Made by a program: the position numbers and the translations under genes. DNA of 64,000 bases from Phoronis australis. Lineage: Eukaryota; Animalia; Phoronida. The notes beneath the pieces are model-generated. The model had not been told where the DNA came from, made no database searches, and saw only the letters and a list, made by a program, of their open reading frames with translations. The stretch's first letter is position 1. Each line of letters starts with the position of its first letter. The DNA lies in contig NMRA01000340.1 in assembly GCA_002633005.1 (NCBI GenBank), positions 295,435-359,434 of the forward strand. The letters are read 5' to 3'. Of the stretch, positions 47,884 through 62,290 are shown in pieces.

Positions 47884-50800
47884 ATGACAGTCTCAAATCT
47901 AAACGAAACAGAGAACTTTGTGATGGACAGTCGAATATCCACTTCTATCAACTGGGATGACGCCACGTGGATCCTGGCTAGTTCGTTCATCATCTTCACG
48001 ATGCAGTCGGGTATGGCACTTGGCGTACTTGTGCGTTAAGGGTAAAACAGGAGTTTCTTATGCATTTTGCTTCGGTTGTTGGATAATCCAGTAATCGATA
48101 CTTTCAACACATGTGGCGTACGCAATTCTGTTGCGCATAATTAATAAAAGAGCTCTTAAGTCTACTTTGCTATTTTGTTTCACATCGGCGCGATTTATTT
48201 GTATTATGTAATAATGCAATGTCTTGCAGGGTTTGGCCTGTTAGAATCGGGTTTGTCAGACACGAAGAACGAAGTCGACGTAATGGTGAAGAATGCAGTG
48301 GATGTTATATTTGGTGGACTGTCATTCTGGATCTTCGGATTTGGGCTCTGCTTCGGAAAATCTGAATTGTCCAATGCGTTTGTCGGTGTTGGCTACTTCT
48401 TTGTTCATGCAAAGGAGGATGAGATGGGATTCGTTTATTCCTGGTTCTTTTTCCAGCTAGCATTCGCCACGACTGCCACAACTATCGTGTCAGGTGCAAT
48501 GGTAGATAGAATGAAGCTTACCACTTATATCGTGTATTCGTTATTGAGCACACTGACGTATAGTTTTCCAGCGCATTGGTTATGGGCTGAAAACGGCATC
48601 TTGAATGTTCTTGGGGCTGTCGACGTTGCAGGGGCCGGACCAGTTCACTTGGTTGGAGGGGTATCAGGTTTGGTGGCCACACTGCTCCTTGGACCACGCA
48701 CTGGTCGCTTCGACACGAAAGATCCTCCGCCTTTGGGAAGCCCTACGAATGCCATTTTAGGCATGTTTATGCTATGGTATGTATTAATTATAGAGATTCG
48801 GAATTTAGAACATTTAAAACTTAGAATGCGTTTACACCTTAAAGGGCACTGTAGTCAAAGTAATGTTGCAGTTGATTGGTTCCAACATGCAAATAAAACA
48901 CATTTGCCCAACTTGTCCGCTAAACAAAAGCTCATTCATAATTATTGTCAAAAGACTGAGATCCTGACAGCTATCGCTGATTGGCTGATCTGCCAGTGAC
49001 GTGGCTGTTGGGGTATCGATCTGCTTTTCACATTCTTTGCTTATGCCATATTTGTGAAGAGTTTACATCGTATTTTATCATTGTATCAGTAGTACTTATT
49101 TTTTTACTGTTTGCCACAGTGCTGTAAAAGGTTCGCCATGCCTTTTTGTATGGCTCCTGGTTGTTCGAACTATTTGAAAAAGGTGTCTTCTAAGGGGAGG
49201 GTCATCGCATAGGCCTACCATCGCCGGGTTGCCCAAGCCTTAGCCCAAAGCTGTATACTAAATATACGCGTTTGCGCCGAGATGGTTAAAAATGAAGAAA
49301 TAAAATCTGACTCAAAATTAGTGTCATTAAAACTACTCTCATCCTTGAGTAGGCCTAAACTAACTTATTTAGCGATGTTGGAGAAGTAAGCGGTCATTAA
49401 TCGGCTGCTGTTAAAATTGTGGTGCGTTTTCCTGAGTCGGCTTTTGGCGATTACGTCACCTGACTTTTTCGCAATTTCCTTTCCCCGATTCTTTTATCAA
49501 CTGTTCTTCGCTGCCGGCACAAGGTTGCGTACATGTCACAACAAATTATCGGAACTTGTTTCATTTCGTTACAAGTTTTTAGTATTCTAATACCAGCCAA
49601 CCGAATTTCAGAACAAATCTTGCTGCTGCTAAGCTGTCATCATCTCCCCGAAAGCTGTCGCAAAATTTCAGGAAATGGCGCGTGTGCCGCGTCACGAGAG
49701 GGCTGTATTTGAAACGAACGACTATACTTGTTTGTCTCTGTCATCGCCTTTGAGGGTGCCGGACGTTAACTCCCATTGGAATTGAGAAATTAAACACCAG
49801 CCATAGATAAAATATTTTAATACAGTGTGTGCTTCCACTTGTCTTTTCACCCCAAAATCAAGTACAGTATATTTAAACCAATTCCAACATCGTTATGTCT
49901 TTTCAACTTTGATTCCAGGTGGGGATGGTTAGGATTTAACTGTGGGAGCACTTTTGGCATTTCTGGAGGCAAATGGAAGCTTGCCGCATGTGCCGCCGTC
50001 TCCACTCTGATGTCATCAATATCAGGCGGGGCGGTCGCCTTCATTCTGAGCTACGCCCGTAAAAGAAAGTATGACGTTGGCATTCTCATTACGGGACTGT
50101 TGGCTGCCCTTGTTAGTAGCACGGCATCATGCGCCATCACTCATCCGTGGGAAGCTGTAGTCATCGGGGCAATAGGGTCAGCACTGGCCATATTGAGCGA
50201 GCCAGTGGTGGCCAAACTTGGAATTGATGACCCTGTGGCCGTAATCCCCGTTCATTGTGTGGGTGGAATATGGAGTCTTCTATCAACTGGGCTGCTAATT
50301 GACAATGTAAGGGCAAAGTGAATGCTACTTAGACATCTGAACATCGTTTGTAGACTTAAATATTCAGTTCCTTTGCTTCAGTGATCGTAACTGGCGCCAA
50401 ATAATATTATCTATAGGTCATGAATAGAAATAAGAAACAAAATATATTACACATACTCCACTCACTTGACATAAATACCTACGTGCGCAGGCCTCGCATG
50501 TGGGCCCATTGCACTGATCACCTGGAAATATTTTTATGCTTTATTGATATATGGTTAAAACCGAGCTGAGGAGCTAGAAACCTGGCTCAAGGGTTTAGCA
50601 GTGTGACCCGGTGGGACATGAACCCACGACCTCGAGTAAAGAAAGCGGACACTTATCAACCAGGCCACACTGCCTCCTCCAAACTTCATGAACATTGGCC
50701 TTGAGTTTTTCAAATTTCCTTCTTTCCCATGGTGCATCACCCTATTTTATTTCTCAGCTGATGTGCTTTGCATAGCGGTGTTTTTTTCGATGTAGTTGGA

Positions 50801-53800
50801 ATATGACCTTTTTCTTCTCGTGAAAAGTTGCAAGAGCCAGAGGGCAAAGGGGGAATTGCAAAGAATTGTACGATGACAGCTAACTTACATCAAAATCCAA
50901 CTGCGGCTTGGTGATTTGGTAATTGACCCAATGATGTTGCACAAACAGCAAAATCAACGAAGATATAACACGGCAACATTTTACAAAAGTTGTAGGTGTT
51001 AAAAGTCACATTTCTTGTCGGATTTTCGAAATTCAAAAACCAAAGCAAGTACACTTTTCATGAACTATTCAAATATGCTATTTAGAAATTTCTAAAACGA
51101 AAATTCAAAAATATTATTGTCGCCCCCACAGTGTTTAGGATGGGTCTGATGATCTAGAGAACGACAGCATCAGCAGCTTGTAAAGATGTAATTAACTACA
51201 ACCGCATGGTGTCTTTGATCAATGCGGCAGATTTCGAGGTACGGATGACGACAGTAAGATTGTCATTACATAGGCGTCGGCAGAAGGGTGAGCAAACCCT
51301 ACTCCTGAAGCTGGTCGGCAACGCTCCCATTAAATACATGTAAGGACGTGGGGAGGGGAGGCTCCAAAAGGGGATGAAACCTTCGCGCCCTTGGCAAACG
51401 CCTAGGGAGGGGCAAGGAGTAGCAAGAAAAAACACAGGGAAAATGCAAAAGAGAGAATATTTTAGAAAGCATTTGTCAACTTCAAGTACTGAATTTACCC
51501 TTCGTTGTTATAATTTTTATAATGTTATCGATTTGCTGGGAGTAATTGTATCACTTTTTTGTTACTTTGCTTATTACAGTTTATCTAGTAACCCTTTGGA
51601 ATCCTGGCCAGTTAGGGATCAGTTTGAAAAATAGTAGTGATGATCTGCGCTCTCTTGAAAACGTTATCTCATTCATACAAACTTCCGAAAAGTGCAGAGA
51701 TTAATCTTTCATTTCAGATTTTGCAGAGCAATTGTCTATCTTTCCTTTGCACCAAACTTTGACTCAACCGGCATTATAACACACTGTGGCCATTTTTAGT
51801 ACATACCCTTATTGGGGACAAATAAAACAACACAAGATTAATATCTATTTTAGGTTGTATTGGAAATTTCAGGGTCATGGTTCTATGGTTCTACAATTAA
51901 TTCTTTGGTAGAAGGTACCAAATGGGTACTTAAATTACAAGAGGTAACATAAACATTTACGATACCTAATGTGTAATTGGATATCGGATACTAAGTGGTA
52001 CAGGTTTGTAAGTAATTCCAAATAGTACATAAAACCTGATGGGTATTGGCCGATTGCTTACCAACTGGGTCGAGCAAAACGGCAAATTTAATACCAAGTA
52101 CCAAATGGGTACAAACTGCCAAATGAGTACACCAAACAGCCAAATGAGCTGCAACAACCTGGCAAAGCAGGTTCCAGACAAGCTGAGTGAGCAGACTAGC
52201 CAGAATGATAATAGAAATATTATAAGGAACGCGGTGTGTACACTTGTACCTGAAAAGCAGGTTGCCTTTTTCGAATTAAAATTTGTTCAGCATCGCTAAA
52301 ATCTCTGGTAAACACTTTTTGTGATTCATATCGTCAGTCACATAACAATTATTGTTATGTGACTGACAATATCGACGAATGGTGGACATCTACCCTCCTA
52401 TATGCATACCTGATGTTCGCATTCTTCGTTTTTTGACCTCGCACTTTTAAAATGTAGAAAAATGTTACATAACTAATAACCTTCGTTAAACATCCTTAAA
52501 GGAGAATGCCACACGATATAATTACTCTTTTTTACCTTATTAATCGGTCCATACCAATATCACCTATTATACAGTCGATCTTACCTCGCCGAAAGGTGTC
52601 GCATTAACCTGTGAGGATGGTGAGTAAACGACACAGCGACGTCAATGGTTCTTCTGCAGAGTGAGTGCCGCCATGTTGTGGTGTATCGTTCACGCTTGTG
52701 CGAACTATGAAGCTGCAAGGAAAGCCGGTATATGTTTTTATGTTTCCTCGAGAGCCTGAATTATGCTTCGGAAGTGGCTAGCAGCAGTGAAGAATGAAAA
52801 GTACGCCGTTGATGTAGTATGAGGCCGTGAAACATCTCCGTGCTTGTGGCCAGCATGTCGTCGACAATAATTTCACTGACGAATACTGGCTTACCAAACA
52901 GCTCATGCCAGACCGGAAAAAAGACTGATGAGCACTCGTCTAAGTTGGGATTGCAAGTTGCTGTGTTGACGTTTATTATTGTGCGTTCTGTTTCAAAATG
53001 AATTATTCGTACCCTAATCGATGCTAATATAAAACTGAAACGAAGTGTCAAAGTCTGTCTCATTAGATACAGTTTGTAATGCTTTTGGAGTGTTTGTGAG
53101 TCCAAATATTTTGAGAAGCCAGCCATGAATAAATCACTGCGTTACCGCTTTTAGATGTTAATTGACCGGGCACCGAGGCCGTGTGAGCGCATGCTAATTC
53201 AGTGCGTTCTGACAGTAAGCTGTTGTAAAACAATAACTTGATTTTATATACAATGGTCTGATGCTAGAGGAACCTTTATTTAAATAAACATATATACGGC
53301 TAATTCACCAAAATAATCACGTGCACATTATTTCTTTGGCTCACTAGTGTAGTCTATTCGTGACTTGAAGTTTTGTTTCCAACATTGGCTGGTTTATGAT
53401 CGTGATGTCTTAACTCCGGCTGCCACGGGCTTGATCGCGTTGCCACTGCCGGGATAACAAGCGATTTGTTTGTTTAGAATAGAAGAAATCTCAAGTCTAA
53501 AATTACAACACACAGTTATGTTATTCGGTCCGCCTTTCACGGAAAAATAATTCAAATTTATTGCCGAAAAGACCCCAAACCCCCTCGACCTACCTTCGTA
53601 AATTGCCCTAACGAACTTAATTTGTAGGTTACGGTACGTTCAAATGCCAATAAATCCGTAAGACCGAAATGAAACAACACGTTTGTTCAAGAAATCGATA
53701 TGTTTTTGGGGGTTTACATCGAATATTGATGATTTATTGGTGTGAAACGATGAATTCAAGCGATAAGCTGATAGCAGTAAGCGTACGTGTTGTGGACTGC

Positions 53801-55333
53801 CCAGTGAAAAGACTGCGTTCTAACCTGTGACGTCATTGGTAACATTTAACATCTCCGTCTGCCGTCAGGTAAATGAACTGAAGTTGCAGTTATCGAATGG
53901 AACTACTCGATCTGAACTGATACAAAATAGGTTATTTTCTGGGTGGCGTTCTCCTTTAAGATCTACATTTCACTATCCTCAGCAGTTTTTCACGTTGACT
54001 GTTCACCATATAGTTGTAGAAATCAATGTCGAAGAAGTCATCAAAATAGAATCCAATGGGCTTACCCTAAAGCACCTCCGTAGACATAGGAATTACTTGT
54101 GTTATTTTCTGTACTTTGCCTACGTATTTAGGATACTATTCTTGGATTGACAAAGGGAAGAAGTGGACTTCTGAAAGGTGGAAGCTGGTATTTATTTGGA
54201 ATCCAGTCGCTCACCGCGGTAATCATCATAGTTTGGACATTAGTGACATCTGTAGTGCTACTTAAAGTAAGTCATTTATCCACATATCTTCATTACTATA
54301 ATTTGGCAGTAATCTTTCTCGTATTCATATTTTATTGAAAACACGACTTTGTTCTGTTTTTACTAGTTTAATTTCAGTTCCTCCAACTCTAAATAGAGAT
54401 CTTGTCCTTATGTCACAACATTGCATTAAAATTGTTTATTGCACTATTGTGATGTAAAGACAAGGTCTCTATTTAAAGAGTTGGAAAGAACTGAAATTAA
54501 ACTAGTAAAAACAGATCAAAGTCGTGTTTTTAATGAAATATCTTCAATATAGAATCAGTGTTGTAAATTTTATAAACTCACGCCGACATTACTGTAAACC
54601 CGCCTCTTGGAAACAAGATTAAAGAAGCGGACTGTCCTGTAACCTGACCTAGTAATTTTAGATCAAATTTAAATTGACAAGTATTTTCACAGAAGGTGTT
54701 TTCAGACCTGTAACAGCTTTGAAATCGTTACAATGACGTCAGGTCGTTATGGTCCAATAAGATTGTACATTACCAAATGTAAAACGTCCGTGAAGCTCAC
54801 ATGGTTCTGATTCTGCGGGAAAGAGAAACTGTTGGGACTTCTGTGAATGGCCGAGTTTGCAAATTAGATCAACTGTGTCTCGTAACTTCGACTTGTGGGT
54901 TTCCGAGTTTTGTTTGCGAGTTCTATTGTTCCTTTTATGTATAAAACGTGTTCATCACTCTTACATTTAGGGGCTCGACGTATTATTTGGACTCCGCCTG
55001 TCCATTAAAGAAGAACTACTCGGCTCAGACTTTGTGGAGCATGGAATTAAACATTTTGACGACAATCTTGAAGAACTTCTCATGAACTCGAACGCAAATG
55101 ACTTGTCAGACATTGATCCCGAAAGGAAGTTACACAGGATTTTGAGACGTATACCTTGGCGTAGATGCTTTGGTTTGCGACACGGCACAAAACGCCGCAA
55201 ACACCACTCAGTGCAACTTCGCCAGTGGACGTTAAACTCCCATGCTTTGTCTGATGCGGTAGACGACACAGTCTATGACCTGAGGCAACGGCAAAAAAGG
55301 TGTACAACGTCGTTGGAGGATAGGTGGATATAG
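47884..55333 (+). CDS. amt: Ammonium transporter (Amt/Mep family, invertebrate type), ~519 aa; exons 47884-48010, 48230-48776, 49919-50306, 54132-54266, 54971-55333
   Basis: Five GT-AG exons join in frame (1560 nt): WDDATWILASSFIIFTMQSGFGLLESG, FFQLAFATTATTIVSGAM, DVAGAGPVHLVGG, WWGWLGFNCGST, IDDPVAVIPVHCVGG, LRLSIKEELLGSDFVEHGI; both pore histidines present; AATAAA at ~55452. Start codon choice is tentative. Confidence 0.95.
48838..49790 (+). mobile_element. Possible Kolobok-like relic in Amt intron 2
   Basis: Begins ttaa-agggcactg; contains THAP-like start MPFCMAPGCSN at 49138; right terminus not clearly found. Confidence 0.35.
50560..50680 (-). mobile_element. tRNA-derived SINE fragment
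   Basis: Minus strand ggcagtgtggcctggttgataag (A-box-like) ... gggttcatgtccc (B-box-like) followed by cccttgagccagg; does not complete a tRNA cloverleaf. Confidence 0.6.
52500..53955 (+). mobile_element. Non-autonomous Kolobok element in Amt intron 3
   Basis: TTAA|aggagaatgccac...gtggcgttctcct|TTAA; decayed THAP start MLWCIVHACANYE at ~52673; same family as 3960-6010 with a larger internal deletion. Confidence 0.85.
54337..54532. repeat. ~195-bp fold-back palindrome in Amt intron 4
   Basis: aaaacacgactttg.tctgtttttactagtttaatttcagttc ... gaactgaaattaaactagtaaaaacaga.caaagtcgtgtttt. Confidence 0.9.
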
Positions 55334-58300
55334 AATTACTTAATCATGATACATGCTTTGAAGAGTTAGAGTTACGTGCACGTCTTTTCGAATGAAGTTT
55401 TTAAAGTCGGTGTTATAAATGCACATGTTACCGAAAAGGTGATCTAGAGCAAATAAAACTTCGTCACTTCCCATGTCTTTTCTTCACTTTATACGTCTAT
55501 AAGTATTTGTTAGGGAAATCGCCGAATAACCGGTTGTCCAAAGTCCGTGCTGCAGCTCGAAAATATATTTTTTCTCGAGTTTTGAAAGTGGAATAATAAT
55601 TAGAATGTCAGTTTCAACTTTACTTAATGCGGAACTTACTTAACAAATATTTGAAACTCGGATAAACTGTTGTTTGGTGTCATATCCATTGATGTTAAGT
55701 TTAGAGTTAAGTATATGTTTGAGGTCCAGTGTACCAGCACAGGATTTTCTAGTGATACCTTTGAGCGTTCACAATCTAGAACACTCATTAATATTAGACC
55801 TGAATTGACGAATGGTCTGAGCAAGAAAATGAAATAGGTTACAACGACAGAGACCTGCTTCGTCAAAGTGACTTAAGACTTTAAGAGGCTCGGGAGGCGA
55901 AATACAGACTAAATTGCGTTATTAAAGTAGTTCTCTGCCACTGAAGCACAATTCAACGTGTTCACCAGATATGTTTACGGTTTGCTTATAGAGATTCAGA
56001 ATTTCTGTCAATTGCCCGTCACTTCGTCAATTTTCTCGCAAAAGGCAAAGCACGTCTGCTTATTTGGTATGGCAAGACTGGCGTAATGCATGTAACCCTT
56101 GACATTTACTGTTAACAAAACAATGACCTCAAGCAGCAGCCCGATTAAGAGACAACTGGTGTTTAATATTAAATGCAAAGGTATCGTAGTATTCAAATAC
56201 ATGTATATTCTATAATGCACTTGAAATTATTTTTGGAAAATTTGTTGCTTCATTGGCTTGCCTCATAATGTGCTATCGACCTCAGACTCCGAGTGCGATC
56301 ACGCATGATTATGTACCGTCCATCTTGTCAGTCAGCTGTTGGCCGAATTCTGGTGAACGCGTGCGCGCATTCATCATAAGTGGGAAAAAGATAAGAAACT
56401 ATGTGGTGACTACAGCGTTTTTCATTCGCGCGTATTTCAAAAATGGTAGATTTTTCGCTGAAATTCTCTCACGGGGGAAAGTAAATAACTATGATGATAA
56501 TAGATCACGAACATCTTACCTCTGGTCTGCACGCCACCTATTGGTCACATCGTGTGACCTAACATTTACATATATATTCGTAATAATAATAATGACTTTA
56601 GTTCAACAAGAGGCCACCGGCCCACAGTTCGCAATAGTATATAAACTTTACACAAGCGTACACAGCCATTAGAGATTTAACATTTCGTTACCTGTCATCA
56701 ATTCCCTTTGTATATACATTGAAATGTTTTTTAAAGTGTTTGTTGTTCTCGAGTTAAAAAGACTCCCGATCTTGTGCGAACGTGGTATGAATCTATTTCT
56801 TAAATTTAACAGTTCTGGGCAACGTAGCATAAATTGCTCTTCTGTCTCAATCTCTCCTGTATTACAACTGTTACAAGTTCTTGCACTTCGAGGAACAACA
56901 TTTTTTCAGCAGTTTTCATTTTCTAACGTGTGAGTTTAACCTCCAATGTTCGCTAATGTAAAATAACTGCTGCTGCGTCATCTCCCCACATATTACGTGG
57001 TTTTCACAAGATAACCCAGACTTAACTGCTCTGTAAAATTAGCACTTATTTATATTTTCTAATGCCGACAACCAACTTTGAAAGTTTTATCTTTCAGCCT
57101 TTGCTTGAATTCTGACAAAAATATTGTTCATGACTGACTCCTTGGTTCAATCACGTGCCTGAAAGCAGCTGTAATCAGCAAAGTTTTAATACGGGTACAA
57201 CAATTAGTTTGACAGTGCAATTGCTTTTAATATATCATCAAAAATTTGTTCAAATAACGTCATCGTTATGTTATTATTATTATTACAACTTCTAGTAATA
57301 TTATACTTGTTTAAAACAAGTACATCCCAAACCGTTAAAATGCGCCCACGACTGCTACGCAAACGGTATGCCAAGATCCTGCGAGGTTTTTATGAAATAC
57401 TACACCGGACGCCCAGACAGAGACAACGACAACATGCAACCACAAGTGTATTTGTTGTCGCTTGAAATGGAGTTTCTTACAATGCATCGACGTCCTTGTT
57501 TTTCAATAGCTATCTACTAAGTAATATTATAATGCTCACGTTACTTCAATATGCTAGGTTAAAAATGCAATAGGTCTTTTACAAAGTGTTTTAATAAACA
57601 ATTCTCTCAAAACAGTTGTCATCAGCTTCAAAGGATAATAAATCTTGTTTTGATGATTTTGTACTAAACACGAACTTAATACTAATCGAAGATATCGATC
57701 AGCACCCGTTGGAAAACAAAAAATAACTAAAATATGAAGTATTGTAACAACAGTAAATTTGTTGTCGTTTGAAAATAGGCCGACAGTATTTCGTCAAAAG
57801 CAGCAATTGCAAGTTTACTAGTTTTATGTTTCCATAGCCTCTTGTTAGGCCAAGTAAAAAAATAAACATGTTTGAAGTCCATGGCTCATCAAGAAATTGG
57901 CGCAGGGGCACTTATGTTTTACTTGATAATGTCGCCGGAAGTGGTGTCACGATTATGTTAATTACACTCACACTGATCAACTCGGGCAGTGATAACTCGT
58001 TCCATGTCAATTGTCTGTCGTGTAAAAGTGACTCTCGTGTCTTGTAAGTGCGACATGTGTCCAGGCGCCAGGCAATTAAGTAAAAGTTCAAGCATATGTT
58101 CTGAACAATGAGAAGGCATTTTTTTCTTACCAACAGAGTTGAAGGACGTGAGAACTTGTGAGGTTAGTGATGCGTCCACTGGCAAACAAGGCCAACAACT
58201 GTAAAGTCTGTTATTGCAGTCTATATGACCTCGTCATCTCTTAGGGATTTCTTCCGTCGTCCATGCAATCGGTAAACAGCATAGCTGCCTCTCTCGTCCA

Positions 58301-59199
58301 GTCCCTTGATTCATTTCAAACTGCTAGATCGATTCCCGCAATAATCCGTAAAAAGGTCATTTTCCCGAATATACTTTTGTTAAACACGCGGCAAACAGTA
58401 ACGAACAACATGTCTATCACCTTCGGGCATTCCACCTGGATAGAATATGTATGTTACACGTAGCTTCTTAATGCATACAATAAGTTATAATCTGATCTTT
58501 GAAATCTAACATGTCCAAAGACTCTGAGGTAGTGTTCAAGAGAACCAAAGACAAGTTGCGAGGTGGGTCTTCTTTATATAGGGTATAGCTCCGAATTTTT
58601 CCCGAAAGTTAGCGAAACGAGGGGAAAACTGGCCCACATGCTGGATGCCATTAAGAATGGAAAATTAGCTCGTATGAATTACTAAAAACTGATATAAGAC
58701 GGGAAAGCATATGTTTGCGATAGCATACAATCTACTGTTGTGGAAGCCCAGACGTAGCCGAGTATTCTCTTGAGGCCAAAACAGTTGCTTTGAGTTTCGG
58801 TCTGGATCATGCTGTTGTGCCAAATTCAGTTACACAGAGTAAACATCTCGGATGTCAAGTTCCAGAACGCATTGTGCCAATTCCGTGTCTTTTACTCTTC
58901 AAATTAATGTAACTCCTCTCATTTTTTATTCGAAGCTGCTGAAACGTATTTCCTTTAAACAAATACAAAAGCAACTTAGCGCGAACTTTAATTTAACATT
59001 GGACAGCCACAAACAAATTGAACACTTGAGACGGATATTTACTGTCCCCCGCTGAGGATCGGGCTCAAAACTCGAAGTGCTGACGCTAGCCAAGGCTGAT
59101 CGTTCGCGACCGTAGTGAACAAGACTCGGGTCACTCGTCTATAGAGAAAACTTGGCACTGGATTCAGACAACTCCCGGGAAGAGAAAGAACAAGAATTA

Positions 59200-61180
59200 C
59201 CTATTAACATACGATTCAGTAAACGAAACCTGGGCAGAAAACCATAATAAATTTGTCTTCCCAGGACGTTCAAGTTTCGCAATTTGTGATAAAAATACCA
59301 AGAAATTTGGGAGACATGTGATCTTCGAGTTATGCTACTAATGAAGAAACAAATGGAATTTTGTTTTTGGGCCAAGAAGTTTTGAGGTTATCTAATGATT
59401 TTCACGAGTACAATCTGCTTGTAATGGATGATCTAAATGCCAGGATTGGAAAACTGGATGGTTATATTTTGGATAACGTTGTTTATTTGCTTTGATTCGG
59501 ATGGCTTTTGTTCAGAGAGAAAATCCAAATAAGAGATTCTTAACAGCTTTGGTGACTCAATAATTGAACAGTGCTGTGACTTGAATGTGCATGTGTTTAA
59601 TAGCAGGAGTCAAGGCAACCCTGCGGATGAATTCACTTGTTTTACTTTCAGTGGGTGCAGTCTAGGTGGCTGCATCGTCAGTTGCGACTTCTGAATTGTT
59701 TGGTAGCATTTGACATTTCATAGTTGACTCCTTTTATGAATCGGATCACATGCTTATTTGCGCATAGGGCGTGGATAAGTCGTTGCCCAGTTCGGACAAG
59801 GAGCCGTTGCGCAACTGTAGTTGAGTTTTATGTGAGAAGAAGGTAAAGAAGCATTCATTCGAGCTTACGAATGACCTTCCCAATTGTATTGATTAATTGA
59901 ATGGCTTAATGGCAGATTGCAAGATAGGTGATGCTATAAATTGCTTTTTCCATCTATATGGAGAGGCTGCAATGTCAATGACAGTTACATTTGGAAATCA
60001 TCAGACGAACACTGCTAAGGCAAACAGCCACCCTGGTGGGGAAATAGGTTTGCAGAAAGCGAAGGCCTAAAAATAATTGTTAATATAAACTTTCCCCCAA
60101 GTAATTCAAAGCAAGAACATTTGGCTGTAGATAAACAGAATTAAGATTATAAAAACATGTTTCTTCAGAGCGAAAAAAGCTTACGAGTCCGACATATTAA
60201 CAAATGTAACCCAACACAACCCTAAACAAATTTGGAATAATGTGAAGACTCACATGAAGAACTCCAAGCCGTCCACATCTATTAACCTTGATAGATGGTA
60301 AGATTACTTAAAGACACGCTACGATTGGTTCAGTGTTGAAATCTGCGTGATATGAACTGGGTACACACAATAAAACTTGTGACCAGTTTAATGCTAACGT
60401 ACCTGTTGATATAAAATGCAATGCTTACTCCAGATGACACTGATTTAGTGATGAAAGTATCCAGAATACTGATCGTTCAGAGTTTTGTCAACCTGTTCAA
60501 TAAAATTTTGGTTTCAGGCATATACACACAAGCTTGGTGCGACGCTGAACTAATTCCAATCCATAAGCAAATAAATATGAGTGATGAAAGTAATTATATG
60601 GGATTTTCCTTATTATCGGTAGCTGGTAAATTATCTACCAAAATATTAAATGTTTGACTGACTGCTTCGGCAAACAACAACGATGTATTTCACGAGGCCA
60701 AGACAGGGTTTCGAAAAAGTTATGGGACCCGAGACCAGATATTTAGCTTGTACTTCATGTGTCAGAAATACATTAGTATGTCAGGAGGTCCCTTTTATAT
60801 TGAATTTGTAGATTTTTCTAAAGCGTTAGATAAAATTCCTCATACATTATTATCTTTTAAACGCCTATTAAAATTGAACAAACGCGGACATGTGATTAAA
60901 ATCCTACAGTCAACGTTCGTCAAATTGCGTACTTGCATAAAAATCCCATGTCTATTGTTAAATAGTGACACTGCGATTTTCTTAAACCGCTCATATACGA
61001 GGAATATTTGTGACAGATGATTTATCAACGATTCACTCATTATTGTGTGCAGACGATATGGTGCTATATGCGAGTACTCCAGAATCTCTACTAAGATTGT
61101 TGAATTGTCTAAATAGCTATTGTAAGGCTTGGGGTATATCAGAATATCTTAAAAATAAATGTTATGTTTGATGAATGCTA
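59200..61180 (+). mobile_element. Heavily decayed LINE ORF2 (endonuclease + reverse transcriptase)
   Basis: Ordered motifs DLNARIG, ESDH, PPWW, WCDAELIPIHK..ESNY.GFSLLSVAGKL, TGFRKSYGTRDQIF, FVDFSKALDKIPH, ADDMVLYA across frameshifts. Confidence 0.85.
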
Positions 61181-62058
61181 ATCAACTGTGGCTAAAACAC
61201 AAAAAATAAATAAACCCCACTCACAATAAAAAAGTTAAACAAGGTGGCTGATCGTCATCGAAAGGCTCTCAGTGATTCATTTTTTGTTGTGAGTACAGTT
61301 TATATATTTTGTTAAAAAGCTATTGTGTTTAAAATTGGAGGTCCATTGCAAAACCATAGAAAATGTTTCTTTTTAGGATCAGGTAGAAGTGGTTTTCCAC
61401 TATAAGTATTTGGGTTACTCCCAGGATGTCTTGGATTAAAGTGACAACAAACCTTGCTAGATAAGGTAGTATTAAATCTATGGCTGCCATCGACAACCTT
61501 CATCGGCGATGCAGAATTTTTTATACCTGACGAGGAATCGGAGGCGCATGGTAGACGAAGAGTCCGGCGAGGTGTTTGGGGCACTAAGCCAAGAATGATA
61601 AGAATTTATTCATGTTAACGTGAAGTATGACTCGTTCCTGTCATGGTAAACTGTTGGGGCAATGGGTTACACTTGCCCTTCAAAGGCATCTTTGTTTACG
61701 ATTGCCAATGCCTGTAACTTTAGCACCTTTAGAGGTTATGAAGACGTTATCATCTTGTTTCTGTAGTAAGCCAAACATCTATTAAACAATAGATTTTAAC
61801 TTAGTAAAAAGTATATTTCTTGAAAATGGAAAGCCTGCAGAATTTGATTTTTGACTTTATATTAATCTGTTGTTAATTGCATCTCGGGGTCATGTCTTTT
61901 CATCGAAATTTAGCAAAAAAATAATAGGTACAGCCATTGCAAACCAGCGGTACCAATAAAATGAACATATTTTGTTTTGTTTCTAAATGATCACTTCATT
62001 TTCATTTTTTTTTCATTTTGATGCAGATTTTTTTCTTAAAAAACATAAAGAAGTATTA

Positions 62059-62290
62059 AACAGGTTACTATCTAAAATGATTTATTCTTATTAAAATAAT
62101 ATTGGCAAGAAATTGAATTTCAGGTCTCAAAGTGGGGCAGTCTATTTAATATAGGGTGCCTCGCTCATCGGCTGCGTTCCAGCGGAGCTCTCTATATTAA
62201 TATAGGTGCTTCACTTTTGAGGCCCTAAATTCAATTTTTTCCCTAGGTCATTTTAACAAGAATAAGTCATTTTAGATAATAAGCTGTTAA
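62059..62290. repeat. ~230-bp fold-back palindromic element
   Basis: tatctaaaatga.ttattctt.ttaaaat ... attttaacaagaataagtcattttagata with inner arms aaattgaattt / aaattcaattt and taatatag / ctatatta. Confidence 0.8.

Noticed and set aside
48175-48999. Single-exon 274-aa Amt ORF as given in the track
   Set aside because: Its ends run into intron sequence; true exon is 48230-48776.
50560-50680. tRNA gene
   Set aside because: A and B boxes are degenerate and no acceptor stem forms; better explained as a SINE head.
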